From Escherichia coli O127:H6 str. E2348/69 (GTDB lineage: Bacteria > Pseudomonadota > Gammaproteobacteria > Enterobacterales > Enterobacteriaceae), in assembly GCF_000026545.1 (NCBI RefSeq), contig NC_011601.1: a DNA stretch of 64,000 nt. The stretch is one strand, 5' to 3'. Each line of letters starts with the position of its first letter. The first letter of the stretch is position 1. Shown here one piece after another: positions 44,473 through 55,799 of this stretch. The notes under the pieces were generated by a model. The model did no database searches. It worked only from the letters and a program-made list of their open reading frames with translations, and was not told the DNA's origin. The translations under genes and the position numbers were made by a program.

Positions 44473-45945
44473 ATGTCAGGGAACGAAAGTATCGATGCCG
44501 CCCACTATGATCAGGTAACCACCTGGCCTCGGGGCGGGTTACAGGCAGATATTGTCCATATTGGTTTTGGCGCTTTTCATCGCGGACACCAGGCTGTCTA
44601 CACGGATCTCACTAATCAACTTTCGGACACCCGCTGGGGGATCTTTGAGATTAACCTGTTTGGTGATGCTCAACTGATCGAAAACTTAAATGCGCAAAAT
44701 GGGCTGTTTTCGGTTGTGGAAACATCTGCATCGCAATCTACCTCACGCCTTGTGCGTTCGGTGGCTGGCGGTATTCATACCCCCAGAGATGGCATTGCCG
44801 CAGCAATCCATAAACTGGCTGAACCTCAGGTAAAAATCGTTTCATTAACTATCACCGAGAAAGGCTATTGTCTCGATCCGCAAACGCGATCGCTTGATCT
44901 CACCAATGGATTAATCAACCACGATCTACAAAATCCGGATGCGCCTCAGTCGGCTATTGGCGTGATCGTCTGTGCTTTGCAACAACGTAAAGCGGCAGGA
45001 CTCGCCGCTTTTAGTGTGCTCTCCTGCGACAACTTGCCAGACAATGGGCATCTGACGCGAAATGCCGTTCTCGGTTTTGCCCGACAACTGGACCAGCCCC
45101 TGGCTCAGTGGATCGAAGAAAATGTCTCATTTCCAGGCACGATGGTAGATCGCATTGTTCCGGCAATGACTGAATCGCAATTCGCCTTACTGGAAACGAA
45201 AACCGGTTATGCCGATCCCTGCGGGATCGTCTGCGAATCATTTCGTCAGTGGGTGATCGAAGATAATTTTGTGCGCGGACGACCGGAATGGGATAAAGCC
45301 GGCGCGATGTTTGTCAGCAATGTTCAGCCTTATGAAGAGATGAAGTTACGCATGTTAAATGGTAGCCATTCATTTCTGGCTTATAACGGCTCACTGGCTG
45401 GCTATGAATTTATCTGGCAATGCATGGAAGACGCTGATTTTCGTTCCATTACCCGCCAACTGATGATTAATGAACAAGCCCGAACACTTAATCCAGACTT
45501 AAATATCGACGCCCAGGAATACGCCGACCTGTTAATTGAACGCTTTAGCAACCGTAATGTTGCACACCGTACCGGGCAAATCGCTATGGACGGTTCGCAA
45601 AAGCTTCCCCAGCGAGCGCTGACGCCCTGGCTGAAATTGCATCAGCAAAAACAAAACAATGCTGTTCTGTCACTGCTCGTTGCTGGTTGGTTGCATTATG
45701 TCATTGATGCTGTTGAGAAAAGCCAGTCTGTCGCTGATCCAATGAATGACCAACTTCAGGCGCTAATAAAGGAACAACAAGACGCATGGCAACAGGCGCT
45801 CGCATTACTGCACCTTAGCGCCATATTTGGTGATTTAAGCAACCATCAGCCATTTATAAATGAAATAAAAATCGCCTTTGCAAATATAAAAAACAAAGGC
45901 ATCAAGGCCACCATCAGCCAATTATTATCGGATGAGCAGAAATGA
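44473..45945 (+). CDS. Long-chain mannitol dehydrogenase-family oxidoreductase (mannonate/fructuronate reductase-like)
   Basis: Start at ATG 44473 with GGAG ribosome-binding site; N-terminal HIGFGAFHRGHQA dinucleotide-binding motif typical of the mannitol dehydrogenase family. Confidence 0.8.
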   Translation: MSGNESIDAAHYDQVTTWPRGGLQADIVHIGFGAFHRGHQAVYTDLTNQLSDTRWGIFEINLFGDAQLIENLNAQNGLFSVVETSASQSTSRLVRSVAGGIHTPRDGIAAAIHKLAEPQVKIVSLTITEKGYCLDPQTRSLDLTNGLINHDLQNPDAPQSAIGVIVCALQQRKAAGLAAFSVLSCDNLPDNGHLTRNAVLGFARQLDQPLAQWIEENVSFPGTMVDRIVPAMTESQFALLETKTGYADPCGIVCESFRQWVIEDNFVRGRPEWDKAGAMFVSNVQPYEEMKLRMLNGSHSFLAYNGSLAGYEFIWQCMEDADFRSITRQLMINEQARTLNPDLNIDAQEYADLLIERFSNRNVAHRTGQIAMDGSQKLPQRALTPWLKLHQQKQNNAVLSLLVAGWLHYVIDAVEKSQSVADPMNDQLQALIKEQQDAWQQALALLHLSAIFGDLSNHQPFINEIKIAFANIKNKGIKATISQLLSDEQK

Positions 45946-46958
45946 AAACATTAATTTGTCAGCAGCCTGGCGTTATGGAATATGTGGAAAAGGATATTCC
46001 CACACCAGCAGATAATGAAGTGCTGTTAAAAATCAAAGCTGTGGGTATTTGTGGTACGGATATTCACGCTTTTGCCGGCAGACAGCCTTTTTTTAGCTAC
46101 CCACGTGTATTAGGTCATGAAATATGCGCCGAAGCGGTTTCGCTAGGCAGCCAGTGCCAAACAGCACAGCCAGGCCAGCGCTATTCCGTCATCCCATGCA
46201 TTCCGTGTGGCGAGTGCGCAGCCTGTCGGGAAGAGAAAACGAATTGCTGCGAACGTGTTTCGCTGTATGGCGTGCATCAGGATGGAGGTTTTAGTGAGTA
46301 CCTTGCGGTACGTAAAGACAACCTGGTGCCGCTCCCTGACGAGGTAAGCGACAGCGCCGGAGCATTGGTTGAATGTTTCGCCATTGGTGCACATGCCGTT
46401 CGTCGGGCTGAGATCAAGGCTGAACAAAACGTACTGGTGATTGGCGCCGGGCCAATAGGTCTGGCTACCGCAGCCATCGCCAGGGCTAAAGGGGCGCATG
46501 TTGTTGTTGCTGATATTGATTGTCAACGTCGCCAGCACGTTGTGGGTAATCTGGATATTAATGCCTTCGATCCCACACAGAAAGATTTTATTGCCGCGCT
46601 TCGTGAGGCTTTTGGAGGCGAACTGGCTTGCGTAGTACTGGATGCGACGGGAAATAAAGCTTCAATGAGTCAGGATGTAAATCTTATTCGTCATGGCGGC
46701 AAAATTGTTTTCATCGGTTTATACATTGGTGAACTTGTTATTGACGATCCGACCTTCCATAAAAAAGAGACAACGTTACTCAGCAGTCGCAATGCCACAC
46801 GGGAAGATTTTGCGTTGGTGATTGAACTGATGCGCAGCAATAAAATTCACGAAAATTTAATGAAAAACCAGGCGTTCGATTTCTTTAGTGTTGGCGAAGA
46901 TTACCAGCGTAACGTTGTAGAAAATAAAAATATGGTCAAGGGTGTGATCACTTTTTAA
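45942..46958 (+). CDS. Zinc-dependent medium-chain alcohol/polyol dehydrogenase (sugar-acid 5-dehydrogenase-like)
   Basis: 338-aa ORF with GHE catalytic zinc motif, a structural-zinc Cys cluster (CGECAACREEKTNCC) and Rossmann motif VIGAGPIGL. Confidence 0.8.
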   Translation: MKTLICQQPGVMEYVEKDIPTPADNEVLLKIKAVGICGTDIHAFAGRQPFFSYPRVLGHEICAEAVSLGSQCQTAQPGQRYSVIPCIPCGECAACREEKTNCCERVSLYGVHQDGGFSEYLAVRKDNLVPLPDEVSDSAGALVECFAIGAHAVRRAEIKAEQNVLVIGAGPIGLATAAIARAKGAHVVVADIDCQRRQHVVGNLDINAFDPTQKDFIAALREAFGGELACVVLDATGNKASMSQDVNLIRHGGKIVFIGLYIGELVIDDPTFHKKETTLLSSRNATREDFALVIELMRSNKIHENLMKNQAFDFFSVGEDYQRNVVENKNMVKGVITF

Positions 46959-46968
46959 GGGAACAAAT

Positions 46969-47979
46969 ATGACAACTGTTTATGTCAGTGAAGAAAATTT
47001 AAAATCACTGGTGCACCACAAATTACATACCGCCGGGCTGGATACCGACACCACACAACAGGTGACAGATGTTTTAGTACATGCCGATATTACCGGTGTG
47101 CATTCACATGGTGTTATGTGTGTCGAACATTATTGCACCCGCCTTGCTGCCGGAGGGTTAAATAAAGCCCCGCAGTTTAGCATTGAGCAAATTTCACCGT
47201 CAGTGGCCATTCTCGACTCTGACGACGGAATGGGGCATTCCGCATTAATTACCGCCACTGAGCACGCTATTAAACTGGCCCAGCAAGAGGGTCTCGGTTT
47301 TGTTAGCGTTAAAAACACGTCTCACTGTGGTGCGTTATCTTATTTTGCAGAGATGATCACCAACAAAGGGTTGGTTGCTATCGTAATGACGCAAACCGAT
47401 ACCTGTGTGGCTCCCCATGGCGGCGCCGAGCGCTTTTTGGGAACTAACCCCATCGCCTTTGGTTTCCCGGTGGAAAACAGCCATCCGATGATTGTTGATA
47501 TGGCGACCAGTGCCACGGCTTTCGGCAAAATACTTCATGCAAAGGAAACCGGAAAACATATTGGTGAAGGGCTGGCGATAGATAAAAACGGTTATGGCAC
47601 CACTGATCCGTATAAGATTGAAAACCTGCTACCTTTCGGCCAACACAAAGGTTCAGGCATTGCACTGGCTATTGATGCACTGACTGGCGTGCTGATGAAT
47701 GCGAATTTTGGCAACCATATTGTTCGCATGTATGGTGATTATGACAAGATGCGTAAGCTGGCAAGTTTGGTTATTGCCATCGATCCGAAAAAGCTCGGCA
47801 ATCCTGTTTTTGCAAAAACTATGGCGAAAATGGTCACGGAGCTGCATGCCGTTAAACCGGCTCCTGGTGTCGAAAAAGTGTTAGCGCCGAACGATCCGCA
47901 AATGCACTACAAAGAAAAATGCCAACAGGAAGGTATTCCGGTTCCGGCAGGAATATTCCATTATCTGGCAGAGAATTAA
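46969..47979 (+). CDS. Ldh2-family (malate/L-lactate dehydrogenase-type) oxidoreductase, YiaK-like
   Basis: 336-aa ORF; family assignment from overall resemblance to Ldh2/YiaK-type 2-keto-acid reductases (motifs HGVMCVEHY, SHCGALSYFAEM). Confidence 0.65.
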   Translation: MTTVYVSEENLKSLVHHKLHTAGLDTDTTQQVTDVLVHADITGVHSHGVMCVEHYCTRLAAGGLNKAPQFSIEQISPSVAILDSDDGMGHSALITATEHAIKLAQQEGLGFVSVKNTSHCGALSYFAEMITNKGLVAIVMTQTDTCVAPHGGAERFLGTNPIAFGFPVENSHPMIVDMATSATAFGKILHAKETGKHIGEGLAIDKNGYGTTDPYKIENLLPFGQHKGSGIALAIDALTGVLMNANFGNHIVRMYGDYDKMRKLASLVIAIDPKKLGNPVFAKTMAKMVTELHAVKPAPGVEKVLAPNDPQMHYKEKCQQEGIPVPAGIFHYLAEN

Positions 47980-48051
47980 TCACTATTTTTTATTATAACG
48001 ATAGAAAAGCGCTGTATTTATCGTTTCTGTTATATTAACCAGGAGCAGGAT

Positions 48052-49035
48052 ATGAAAGCACTTCGTCCTCTGACGGCATCGCTTATGCTGTTAACCAGTT
48101 GTTTATTAATATCTAATACCACACTGGCAAAAACAACATTAAAACTGAGTCATAATCAGGATAAAAGCCATGCTGTCCATAAAGCATTAAGCTATTTAGC
48201 GGATAAAACCAAAGAGTATTCTAATAGTGAATTAGTTATTCGCATTTACCCAAATGCGACATTAGGTAATGAGCGTGAATCACTGGAATTAATGAACTCC
48301 GGTGCATTACAGATGGTTAAGGTTAATGCCGCATCACTAGAATCATTTGCTCCGGATTACAGCCTTTTCAGTCTGCCGTTCTTATTCCGCGACCGTGATC
48401 ACTATTATCGTGTTCTGCAAAGTGATTTAGGTAAAAAAATACTTAATTCATCAGAAAGCAAAGGTTTTGTTGGTATTACGTACTATGACGGCGGTGCGAG
48501 AAGTTTTTATTCCAATAAACCGATTACAAAACCTGAAGATTTAGCGGGAATGAAAATCAGGGTTCAACAAAGCCCCAGCGCCATTGCAATGATGAAAGCA
48601 CTCGGTGGTGTCGCTACCCCGATGGCGCAAGGCGAACTCTACACCGCACTTCAGCAAGGAGTGGTTGATGGCGGAGAGAACAATACCGTTGTCTATGCCG
48701 ATATGCGTCACGCCGAAGTCGCAAAAGTCTATTCACGTGATGAACACACCATGGTGCCTGATGTGTTAATTATCAGCACCGACGTGTTGAATAAACTTGG
48801 TGATAAAGAGCGCACGGCATTATTAAAAGCAGCCGATGAGTCAATGATGCAGATGAAGGACGTCATTTGGCCTGCGGCTGAAAAAGAAGCCTACGACAAA
48901 ATGAAAGGGATGAACGCAACAGTTGTTGATGTTGATAAATCCGCTTTCAAAGAACGCGTCAAACCGTTATACGATGAATTCAAGGCGAAAGATGCACAAT
49001 CAGCCAAAAACCTTGAGCTAGTAGAAAGTATGTAA
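48052..49035 (+). CDS. TRAP transporter substrate-binding protein (DctP family)
   Basis: 327-aa ORF with signal peptide, followed by small and large TRAP permease genes. Confidence 0.8.
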   Translation: MKALRPLTASLMLLTSCLLISNTTLAKTTLKLSHNQDKSHAVHKALSYLADKTKEYSNSELVIRIYPNATLGNERESLELMNSGALQMVKVNAASLESFAPDYSLFSLPFLFRDRDHYYRVLQSDLGKKILNSSESKGFVGITYYDGGARSFYSNKPITKPEDLAGMKIRVQQSPSAIAMMKALGGVATPMAQGELYTALQQGVVDGGENNTVVYADMRHAEVAKVYSRDEHTMVPDVLIISTDVLNKLGDKERTALLKAADESMMQMKDVIWPAAEKEAYDKMKGMNATVVDVDKSAFKERVKPLYDEFKAKDAQSAKNLELVESM

Positions 49036-49076
49036 CCCTAATGGGCAGGTAATTCCTGCCTTTTCATGGAAGACTT

Positions 49077-49559
49077 ATGCGAACACTCACTCATATTCTT
49101 AATAAGATCCTTGCCGGATGTTGCTGCATTATTCTCGCCATTATGGTGTTCTGCGTAACCTGGCAAGTTATTGCACGTTTTATTTTTAACGCTCCCAGCA
49201 CTGTGCTTGATGAGTTCACCCAGATTTTATTTATGTGGATGATTTTGCTTGGCGGTGTATATACTGCGGGTTTAAAAAAACATCTGGCCATTGATTTGTT
49301 GGCTCAAAAACTTCCTGCTGCATCTGTTCTGACGCTTGACAGTTTTATCCAAATTATCATTACGGTCTTTGCGGTTATTTTCATGATCTATGGCGGGAAT
49401 ATTGTTGTTGAAAAAGCACAACATGTTGGACAAATCTCTCCAGTATTAAAATGGCCAATGGATAAAGTATATTGGGTTATGCCTGTCAGTGGGCTTATTC
49501 TGGTCTGGTATTCAGTAATGAATATTATTGACAACTATCGTAAACGGAATTTTCATTAA
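49077..49559 (+). CDS. TRAP transporter small permease (DctQ family)
   Basis: 160-aa, 4-TM-type hydrophobic ORF between the binding-protein and large-permease genes. Confidence 0.8.
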   Translation: MRTLTHILNKILAGCCCIILAIMVFCVTWQVIARFIFNAPSTVLDEFTQILFMWMILLGGVYTAGLKKHLAIDLLAQKLPAASVLTLDSFIQIIITVFAVIFMIYGGNIVVEKAQHVGQISPVLKWPMDKVYWVMPVSGLILVWYSVMNIIDNYRKRNFH

Positions 49560-49569
49560 CGAGGGAAAT

Positions 49570-50874
49570 ATGGAATTTGAATATATCTACCCCGTCTTAA
49601 TTTTATTTGGCAGTTTTGCCGTCATGCTGGCAATAGGTGTGCCAATTACTTTTGCGATTGGTCTTTCTTCGCTGTTATCTATTATTACTGCCTTGCCACC
49701 CGACGCTGCCATTTCTGTTATTTCACAAAAAATGACTGTAGGGCTGGATGGCTTTACGCTATTAGCCATTCCCTTCTTCGTGTTAGCCGGAAACATTATG
49801 AATACCGGTGGTATAGCCAGACGACTGGTTAACCTGGCGCAAGCATTAGTTGGGCGTCTTCCTGGCTCACTGGCTCATTGTAATATCCTCGCGAATACAC
49901 TGTTTGGTGCGATTTCAGGTTCAGCCGTTGCGTCAGCCGCAGCGGTAGGTGGGATTATGTCACCACTGCAAGAAAAAGAGGGATATGATCCGGCGTTTTC
50001 AGCAGCGGTTAATATTGCCTCTGCCCCCATTGGCCTGATGATCCCACCGAGCAATGTGTTGATTGTTTATTCCCTCGCCAGTGGCGGGACTTCTGTCGCT
50101 GCGTTGTTCTTAGCTGGATATCTGCCGGGCATCCTCACCGCTGTTGCCTTAATGTTTGTAGCTGCACTTTATGCACGACGTCACCATTACCCAGTGGCCG
50201 AACGCATCAATTACCGTCAGTTTTTACAGGTATTCCGCGAATCAATTCCTAGCCTGATGCTTATTTTTATCATTATTGGCGGTATTATCGCAGGGGTATT
50301 TACGCCCACAGAAGCATCAGCAATAGCGGTAATTTATAGTTTAGCCCTGGCGATGATTTACCGGGAACTCACTCTTAAGAAACTCAATGATATTCTGTTA
50401 GATTCGGTAGTAACCAGTTCAATTGTTCTGTTACTGGTAGGCTGTTCAATGGGAATGTCATGGGCCATGACGAATGCTGATGTTCCTGAGTTGATCAACG
50501 AACTGATTACCCGCGTTTCGGATAACAAATGGGTCATTCTGTTTATTATCAATATCATTCTGTTGATCGTCGGTACCTTTATGGATATCACGCCGGCGAT
50601 CCTGATATTTACACCTATTTTCCTGCCGATCGCCCAGCATCTGGGGATTGATCCGATTCACTTCGGCATCATTATGGTTTTCAACTTAACCATTGGCCTT
50701 TGCACACCACCTGTCGGCACCATTCTGTTTGTGGGGTGCAGCATTGGTAAGGTCAGTATCGACAGGGCAATAAAACCATTACTGCCGATGTTTCTGGCAT
50801 TGTTTGTAGTAATGGCAATTATTTGTTATTTCCCGCAGCTTAGTCTGATGTTGCCAGGATTATTTTCGACCTGA
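49570..50874 (+). CDS. TRAP transporter large permease (DctM family)
   Basis: Start placed at MEFEYIYPVLILFG... with GAGGG ribosome-binding site; about 434-aa polytopic membrane protein. Confidence 0.8.
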   Translation: MEFEYIYPVLILFGSFAVMLAIGVPITFAIGLSSLLSIITALPPDAAISVISQKMTVGLDGFTLLAIPFFVLAGNIMNTGGIARRLVNLAQALVGRLPGSLAHCNILANTLFGAISGSAVASAAAVGGIMSPLQEKEGYDPAFSAAVNIASAPIGLMIPPSNVLIVYSLASGGTSVAALFLAGYLPGILTAVALMFVAALYARRHHYPVAERINYRQFLQVFRESIPSLMLIFIIIGGIIAGVFTPTEASAIAVIYSLALAMIYRELTLKKLNDILLDSVVTSSIVLLLVGCSMGMSWAMTNADVPELINELITRVSDNKWVILFIINIILLIVGTFMDITPAILIFTPIFLPIAQHLGIDPIHFGIIMVFNLTIGLCTPPVGTILFVGCSIGKVSIDRAIKPLLPMFLALFVVMAIICYFPQLSLMLPGLFST

Positions 50875-50944
50875 TACACAATGAAGACTGCATACTGAGT
50901 AATTTTCAATGCCCCACCACTCTGTGGGGCATTGAATTGGTCCA

Positions 50945-52357
50945 TTACGGTACCGGATTGACCAACAGTTGCCCAATCGAGCCACGGTCCGCCATTTCCA
51001 GCGTCTGACTGTTGAAGTAGAACGGGAAGTGCGCCCAGGAAGGCTGACCGAAATAAACAAGCAGCTCCACTTGTCCGTCAACCCAAACGGTATCTTTCCA
51101 GCCTCTGTCTTCCGGGAACGGCATCGCGCCATTCACGTTACGGATCTGGAACATCACGCCTTCAATATGGAACGCTTGCGGCTCGTCCGCGCGCACCGTC
51201 CAGCGTTCCCACGTTCCTTGCTGCGCAGTAACATCAATACGGTTGACGTCCCACAACTGCCCATTAATCCCCGGGTCATCACCCAGACTGATATCACGAC
51301 TTCGAATCGGCGAACCGGCCATGATTTCAGTTGGCAGCAAGCGCATCGGAAGACTGTCAGTGACCAGCGGCAGAAGGCCGGTTGGGCGCAGCGTTAGCAC
51401 CAGAGTAGAAACCAGAATGCTGGATGGCTCAAAGAAGCCACGAATACGATCAACAATGCTCGCCGCTTCGCCACAGGTAATCGACACTTCATCACCGTTG
51501 CTCATATCCACCAGAATCTCACGACGCTCGCCCGGTGCCAGCGAAAGTTGCTTCACCGATACAGGAGCGGGCAGGAATCCCTGATCGCCAGAAATCACAT
51601 GTAACGGGCGACCATCGCTCATCTGTAGTTGATAGCGACGAGAGTTCGACGCGTTCAACAGACGCAAGCGCACCCAGCCACGCGAGACTTCAACGTACGG
51701 GCTTTGTACACCGTTAACCAGCAGCGTATCACCAACAAAGCCGCCGTTTCCCGGTTCGTTGTATTCTGGCGTACCAAAGTTATCCAGCCGTTTATCCTGA
51801 ATAATGACCGGAAAATCATCCACACCATAATGGTTGGGGATAGGCAGCGATTTACTGACTTCATCTTCCACCAGCCACATTCCGGCAAGGCCGTTATAGA
51901 CCTGCTGAGCCGTGCGGTTGGGAGTATTGGCGTGATACCACAGAGTAGCTGCGTTCTGGCGAATGGGCAGTACGGGTGCCCAGTCAGCGTTTGGCGACAT
52001 CATCCGTGCCGGACCGCCCATCAGCGGGCCAGGTACCTGTAGCCCGGCCACCGTCATTGAGACATTTTCTGTCAGGCGGTTGCTGTAAATAAGCTTAACA
52101 TCGTCGCCCTTCCAGACGCGGATAGTCGGCCCCAGGTAACGACCATTGATTCCCCAAACCGACGCGCGTGTCCCTGGCGTAAATGACCAGTGCGCACGTT
52201 GTACAGTCATAAACAGCGGTTGCCCACGGCGAGATTCAAGCAGCGGCGGAACGGGTAGCGGTTGCTGTTGCCCGGCTGCGCTGGCCTTCAGGGGAACAGC
52301 GCCTGCACAAAGTGCAATCCCCGATGCCTGAATGAACTGACGCCGACTGAGTGACAT
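50945..52357 (-). CDS. ftsP: Cell division protein FtsP (SufI), multicopper-oxidase-like Tat substrate
   Basis: 470-aa ORF with Tat signal MSLSRRQFIQASGIALCAGA... Confidence 0.95.
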   Translation of the reverse strand: MSLSRRQFIQASGIALCAGAVPLKASAAGQQQPLPVPPLLESRRGQPLFMTVQRAHWSFTPGTRASVWGINGRYLGPTIRVWKGDDVKLIYSNRLTENVSMTVAGLQVPGPLMGGPARMMSPNADWAPVLPIRQNAATLWYHANTPNRTAQQVYNGLAGMWLVEDEVSKSLPIPNHYGVDDFPVIIQDKRLDNFGTPEYNEPGNGGFVGDTLLVNGVQSPYVEVSRGWVRLRLLNASNSRRYQLQMSDGRPLHVISGDQGFLPAPVSVKQLSLAPGERREILVDMSNGDEVSITCGEAASIVDRIRGFFEPSSILVSTLVLTLRPTGLLPLVTDSLPMRLLPTEIMAGSPIRSRDISLGDDPGINGQLWDVNRIDVTAQQGTWERWTVRADEPQAFHIEGVMFQIRNVNGAMPFPEDRGWKDTVWVDGQVELLVYFGQPSWAHFPFYFNSQTLEMADRGSIGQLLVNPVP

Positions 52358-52431
52358 ATTTGCTCCATGTAAAACTGGCTAAAGTAATACCGTGCAGGAA
52401 AGTGTTCCCCGCAAAAATACAGATTGCCGAC

Positions 52432-53169
52432 TTAAACTTTTCCGGCGGCTTCGCGTTCTGCGACTTCTTTATCGAGCTCGGCGATTTTTTGTTCCATTAT
52501 CGAACGACAATGGGCAGCCAACTCGCGAACCTGATCTTTGCCATACTGACTGACGTCAATTGGCGGCAGCATTTCGACAATCACCAGACCGTTGTGTAGC
52601 CGATTAAGATTAATCTTATTCGAAGTTGTAGAGACGCACACGGGTATAATCGGGACGCCCGCCGCAATTGCCGCGTGAAATGCCCCGGTCTTGAACGGCA
52701 GCAGGCCGCGACCACGGCTGCGGGTTCCTTCCGGGAACATCCAGATGGAAATACGGCGTTTTTTGAAGTGATTCACTACTTCCGCAATAGTGCCGTGAGC
52801 TTTAGTGCGATTGTTTCTGTCGATCAATAAGTTGCCGGTTAACCAGTACAACTGCCCGAAGAAGGGGATCCACAGCAAGCTCTTTTTACCTACCGTCACT
52901 GTCGGCGGCTGCACAATGTTCGATGCCGTCACCATGTCATAATTGTTCTGGTGGTTAGCGATATAGATAGCATTGCCGTAGCTTTCAGCGTCTGCAGGTT
53001 TGCGGCACTCCACTTTCAGGCCGAAAAGCGGCGCAAGACGACCAAACATATGCCCAAAGGTGGCCACATGTTTCGGGTTACGCGGGCTGAAAAGGCAGTA
53101 AATGGAGCCGAATACACAGACTAAGATGCTGTAAATCACGGTAATAATAAGACGAAAGATATATAGCAT
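52432..53169 (-). CDS. plsC: 1-acyl-sn-glycerol-3-phosphate acyltransferase PlsC
   Basis: 245-aa ORF containing the acyltransferase HxxxxD motif (NHQNNYD) and PEGTR motif. Confidence 0.95.
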   Translation of the reverse strand: MLYIFRLIITVIYSILVCVFGSIYCLFSPRNPKHVATFGHMFGRLAPLFGLKVECRKPADAESYGNAIYIANHQNNYDMVTASNIVQPPTVTVGKKSLLWIPFFGQLYWLTGNLLIDRNNRTKAHGTIAEVVNHFKKRRISIWMFPEGTRSRGRGLLPFKTGAFHAAIAAGVPIIPVCVSTTSNKINLNRLHNGLVIVEMLPPIDVSQYGKDQVRELAAHCRSIMEQKIAELDKEVAEREAAGKV

Positions 53170-53403
53170 AACACCCTCTGAAGGTCTGAGAGACTGGCAT
53201 TGTACGTCACCTGAAAATCAGGTTAGGGCATTGTTAAAAGCCGCTCTCTGGAAAAGCGTATTGTTAATCGCAACGCATGAATAAACAACGGTTTCAAGGG
53301 AATTTTTATCGTTTCCGGGGGTTGAATACGCTGCCGGATGACGACTTAACGTTTCATCCGGCGTTTCTTGCAAGCGGGAGGAAACAGCGCCCTCCCCGGC
53401 ATA

Positions 53404-55662
53404 TTACTCTTCGCTATCACCGCTGCTGGCACGGCGAGGAGAGTCGATCTCAACACGATCGATACGCTGCAAACCGCGCATCAACGTACCGCGGCGTCCA
53501 CGTTCGCCAGCGACTTTCTGTAGCTCTTCCGGACGCAGTTTAATTTTGCGTTTCCCAACATGAATGGTCAGCGTGCTTTGCGGCGGCAGAACGTACAGTT
53601 GCGCAAGACCATCCTCGCCACGCGCGGCTTCTGCCGATGGAATGTTGATAATCTTGTTGCCTTTGCCCTTCGACAGCTGCGGCAGATCGCTTACCGGGAA
53701 CATCAACATACGGCCTGCCTGAGTGATTGCCAGCAGCATATCGGAAGCATCTTCAATCACCACCGGCGGCATAACATGGGCATTTTCCGGTAAGGTGATC
53801 AAAGCTTTACCTGCACGGTTACGCGCCACCAGATCGTTAAAGGTGCAGACGAAACCGTAACCCGCATCGGAAGCCATCAGCAGTTTCTGATCGTCGCTTT
53901 CCATCAGCATATGGTCAACGGTCGCTCCAGGCGGCAACGTTAATTTGCCGGTGAGCGGCTCGCCCTGACCACGCGCCGACGGCAGCGTAATCGGGTCGAT
54001 GGCATAGCTACGACCGGTGGAATCAACAAACACTACCGGTTGGTTGCTCTTACCTTTCACCGCCGCTTTGAAGCTATCGCCCGCTTTATAATTCAGGCCC
54101 GGCGCGTCGATATCATGGCCTTTAGCGCTGCGTACCCAGCCCATCTGCGACAGCACAATGGTGACAGGTTCAGACGGCAGCATGTCGTGCTCGCTCATCG
54201 CTTTCGCTTCTTCGCGTTCCTGCAACGGCGAACGACGTTCGTCACCGTAGGCTTGCGCGTCTGCCTGCAGTTCTTTCTTCAGCAGGTTATTCATTTTACG
54301 CTCGGAAGCCAAAATGCCCTGCAACTGGTCGCGCTCTTTTTCCAGCTCACTCTGCTCACCGCGAATCTTCATCTCTTCCAGTTTGGCAAGATGACGCAGT
54401 TTCAGTTCGAGGATCGCTTCCGCCTGGGTTTCCGTAAGGCCAAACCGCGACATCAGCGCCGGTTTCGGTTCATCTTCATTACGAATGATCTCAATCACTT
54501 CGTCGATATTGAGAAACGCCACCAGCAAACCTTCAAGGATATGCAGGCGCTTGAGGACTTTCTCCAGACGATAGTTCAGTCGGCGGCGCACGGTATCGCG
54601 GCGGAACACCAGCCATTCGGAGAGGATTTCCAGCAGGTTTTTCACCGCCGGACGACCATCCAGACCGATCATATTGAGGTTAATGCGATAGCTCTTTTCC
54701 AGATCGGTGGTAGCAAAGAGGTGGTTCATCACCTGATCCATATCCACGCGGTTGGAACGCGGCACAATCACCAGACGGGTCGGGTTCTCGTGGTCAGATT
54801 CATCGCGCAGATCGTCAACCATCGGCAGCTTTTTGTTGCGCATTTGCGCAGCAATTTGCTCCAGTACGCGCGCACCTGAAACCTGATGCGGCAATGCGCT
54901 GATAACCACCGCGCCATCTTCTTTCTTCCAAACCGCGCGCATACGCACTGAACCACGTCCGTTCTCGTAGATTTTACGAATCTCGGCGCGCGAAGTGATA
55001 ATTTCCGCTTCAGTCGGATAATCCGGCCCCTGCACGATATCCAGCAGCTGATCGAGCGTGGTTTTCGGCTGGTCGATTAATGCGATTGCCGCCTGAGCCA
55101 CTTCACGCAGGTTATGCGGTGGAATATCGGTCGCCATGCCGACGGCAATACCGGTGGTGCCGTTAAGCAAAATGTTTGGCAGACGGGCAGGCAGCATTTT
55201 CGGCTCCTGCAAAGTGCCGTCGAAGTTTGGCACCCAGTCAGCCGTCCCCTGCCCCAGCTCGCTCAATAGCAGCTCGGAATATTTCGACAACCGGGATTCG
55301 GTGTAACGCATTGCCGCGAACGATTTCGGATCGTCCGGCGCGCCCCAGTTCCCCTGACCATCAACCAGCGGATAACGGTAAGAGAACGGCTGCGCCATCA
55401 GGACCATCGCTTCATAACAGGCACTATCGCCGTGCGGATGGTATTTACCCAGTACGTCACCGACGGTACGGGCCGATTTTTTAAATTTGGCGCTGGCATT
55501 CAGGCCCAGCTCAGACATCGCATACACAATGCGGCGCTGAACAGGTTTCAGACCATCACCAATAAACGGCAACGCACGGTCCATGATCACGTACATGGAG
55601 TAGTTTAAGTAGGCGTTTTCCGTAAATTCATGTAGCGCAAGGCGCTCTGCCATATCGCTCAT
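53404..55662 (-). CDS. parC: DNA topoisomerase IV subunit A ParC
   Basis: 752-aa ORF recognised as ParC (GyrA-like; active-site region AMRYTE). Confidence 0.95.
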
Positions 55663-55799
55663 TAATTCTGATTCCTCAACTTATTCGCCAGCCTTCAAAG
55701 GGGCAATATTGCCGGAGATACTACATTATCTGCCGCGTCGAGTCACAGGAGATCAGCGTGAATAGCGCCGCCGGACGTGCTCCGACGGCGATAAAGGCA

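Noticed and set aside
54040-54879. 279-aa ORF on the plus strand inside parC
   Set aside because: Antisense shadow ORF within parC; translation is Arg/Phe/Gln-rich with no domain signature.
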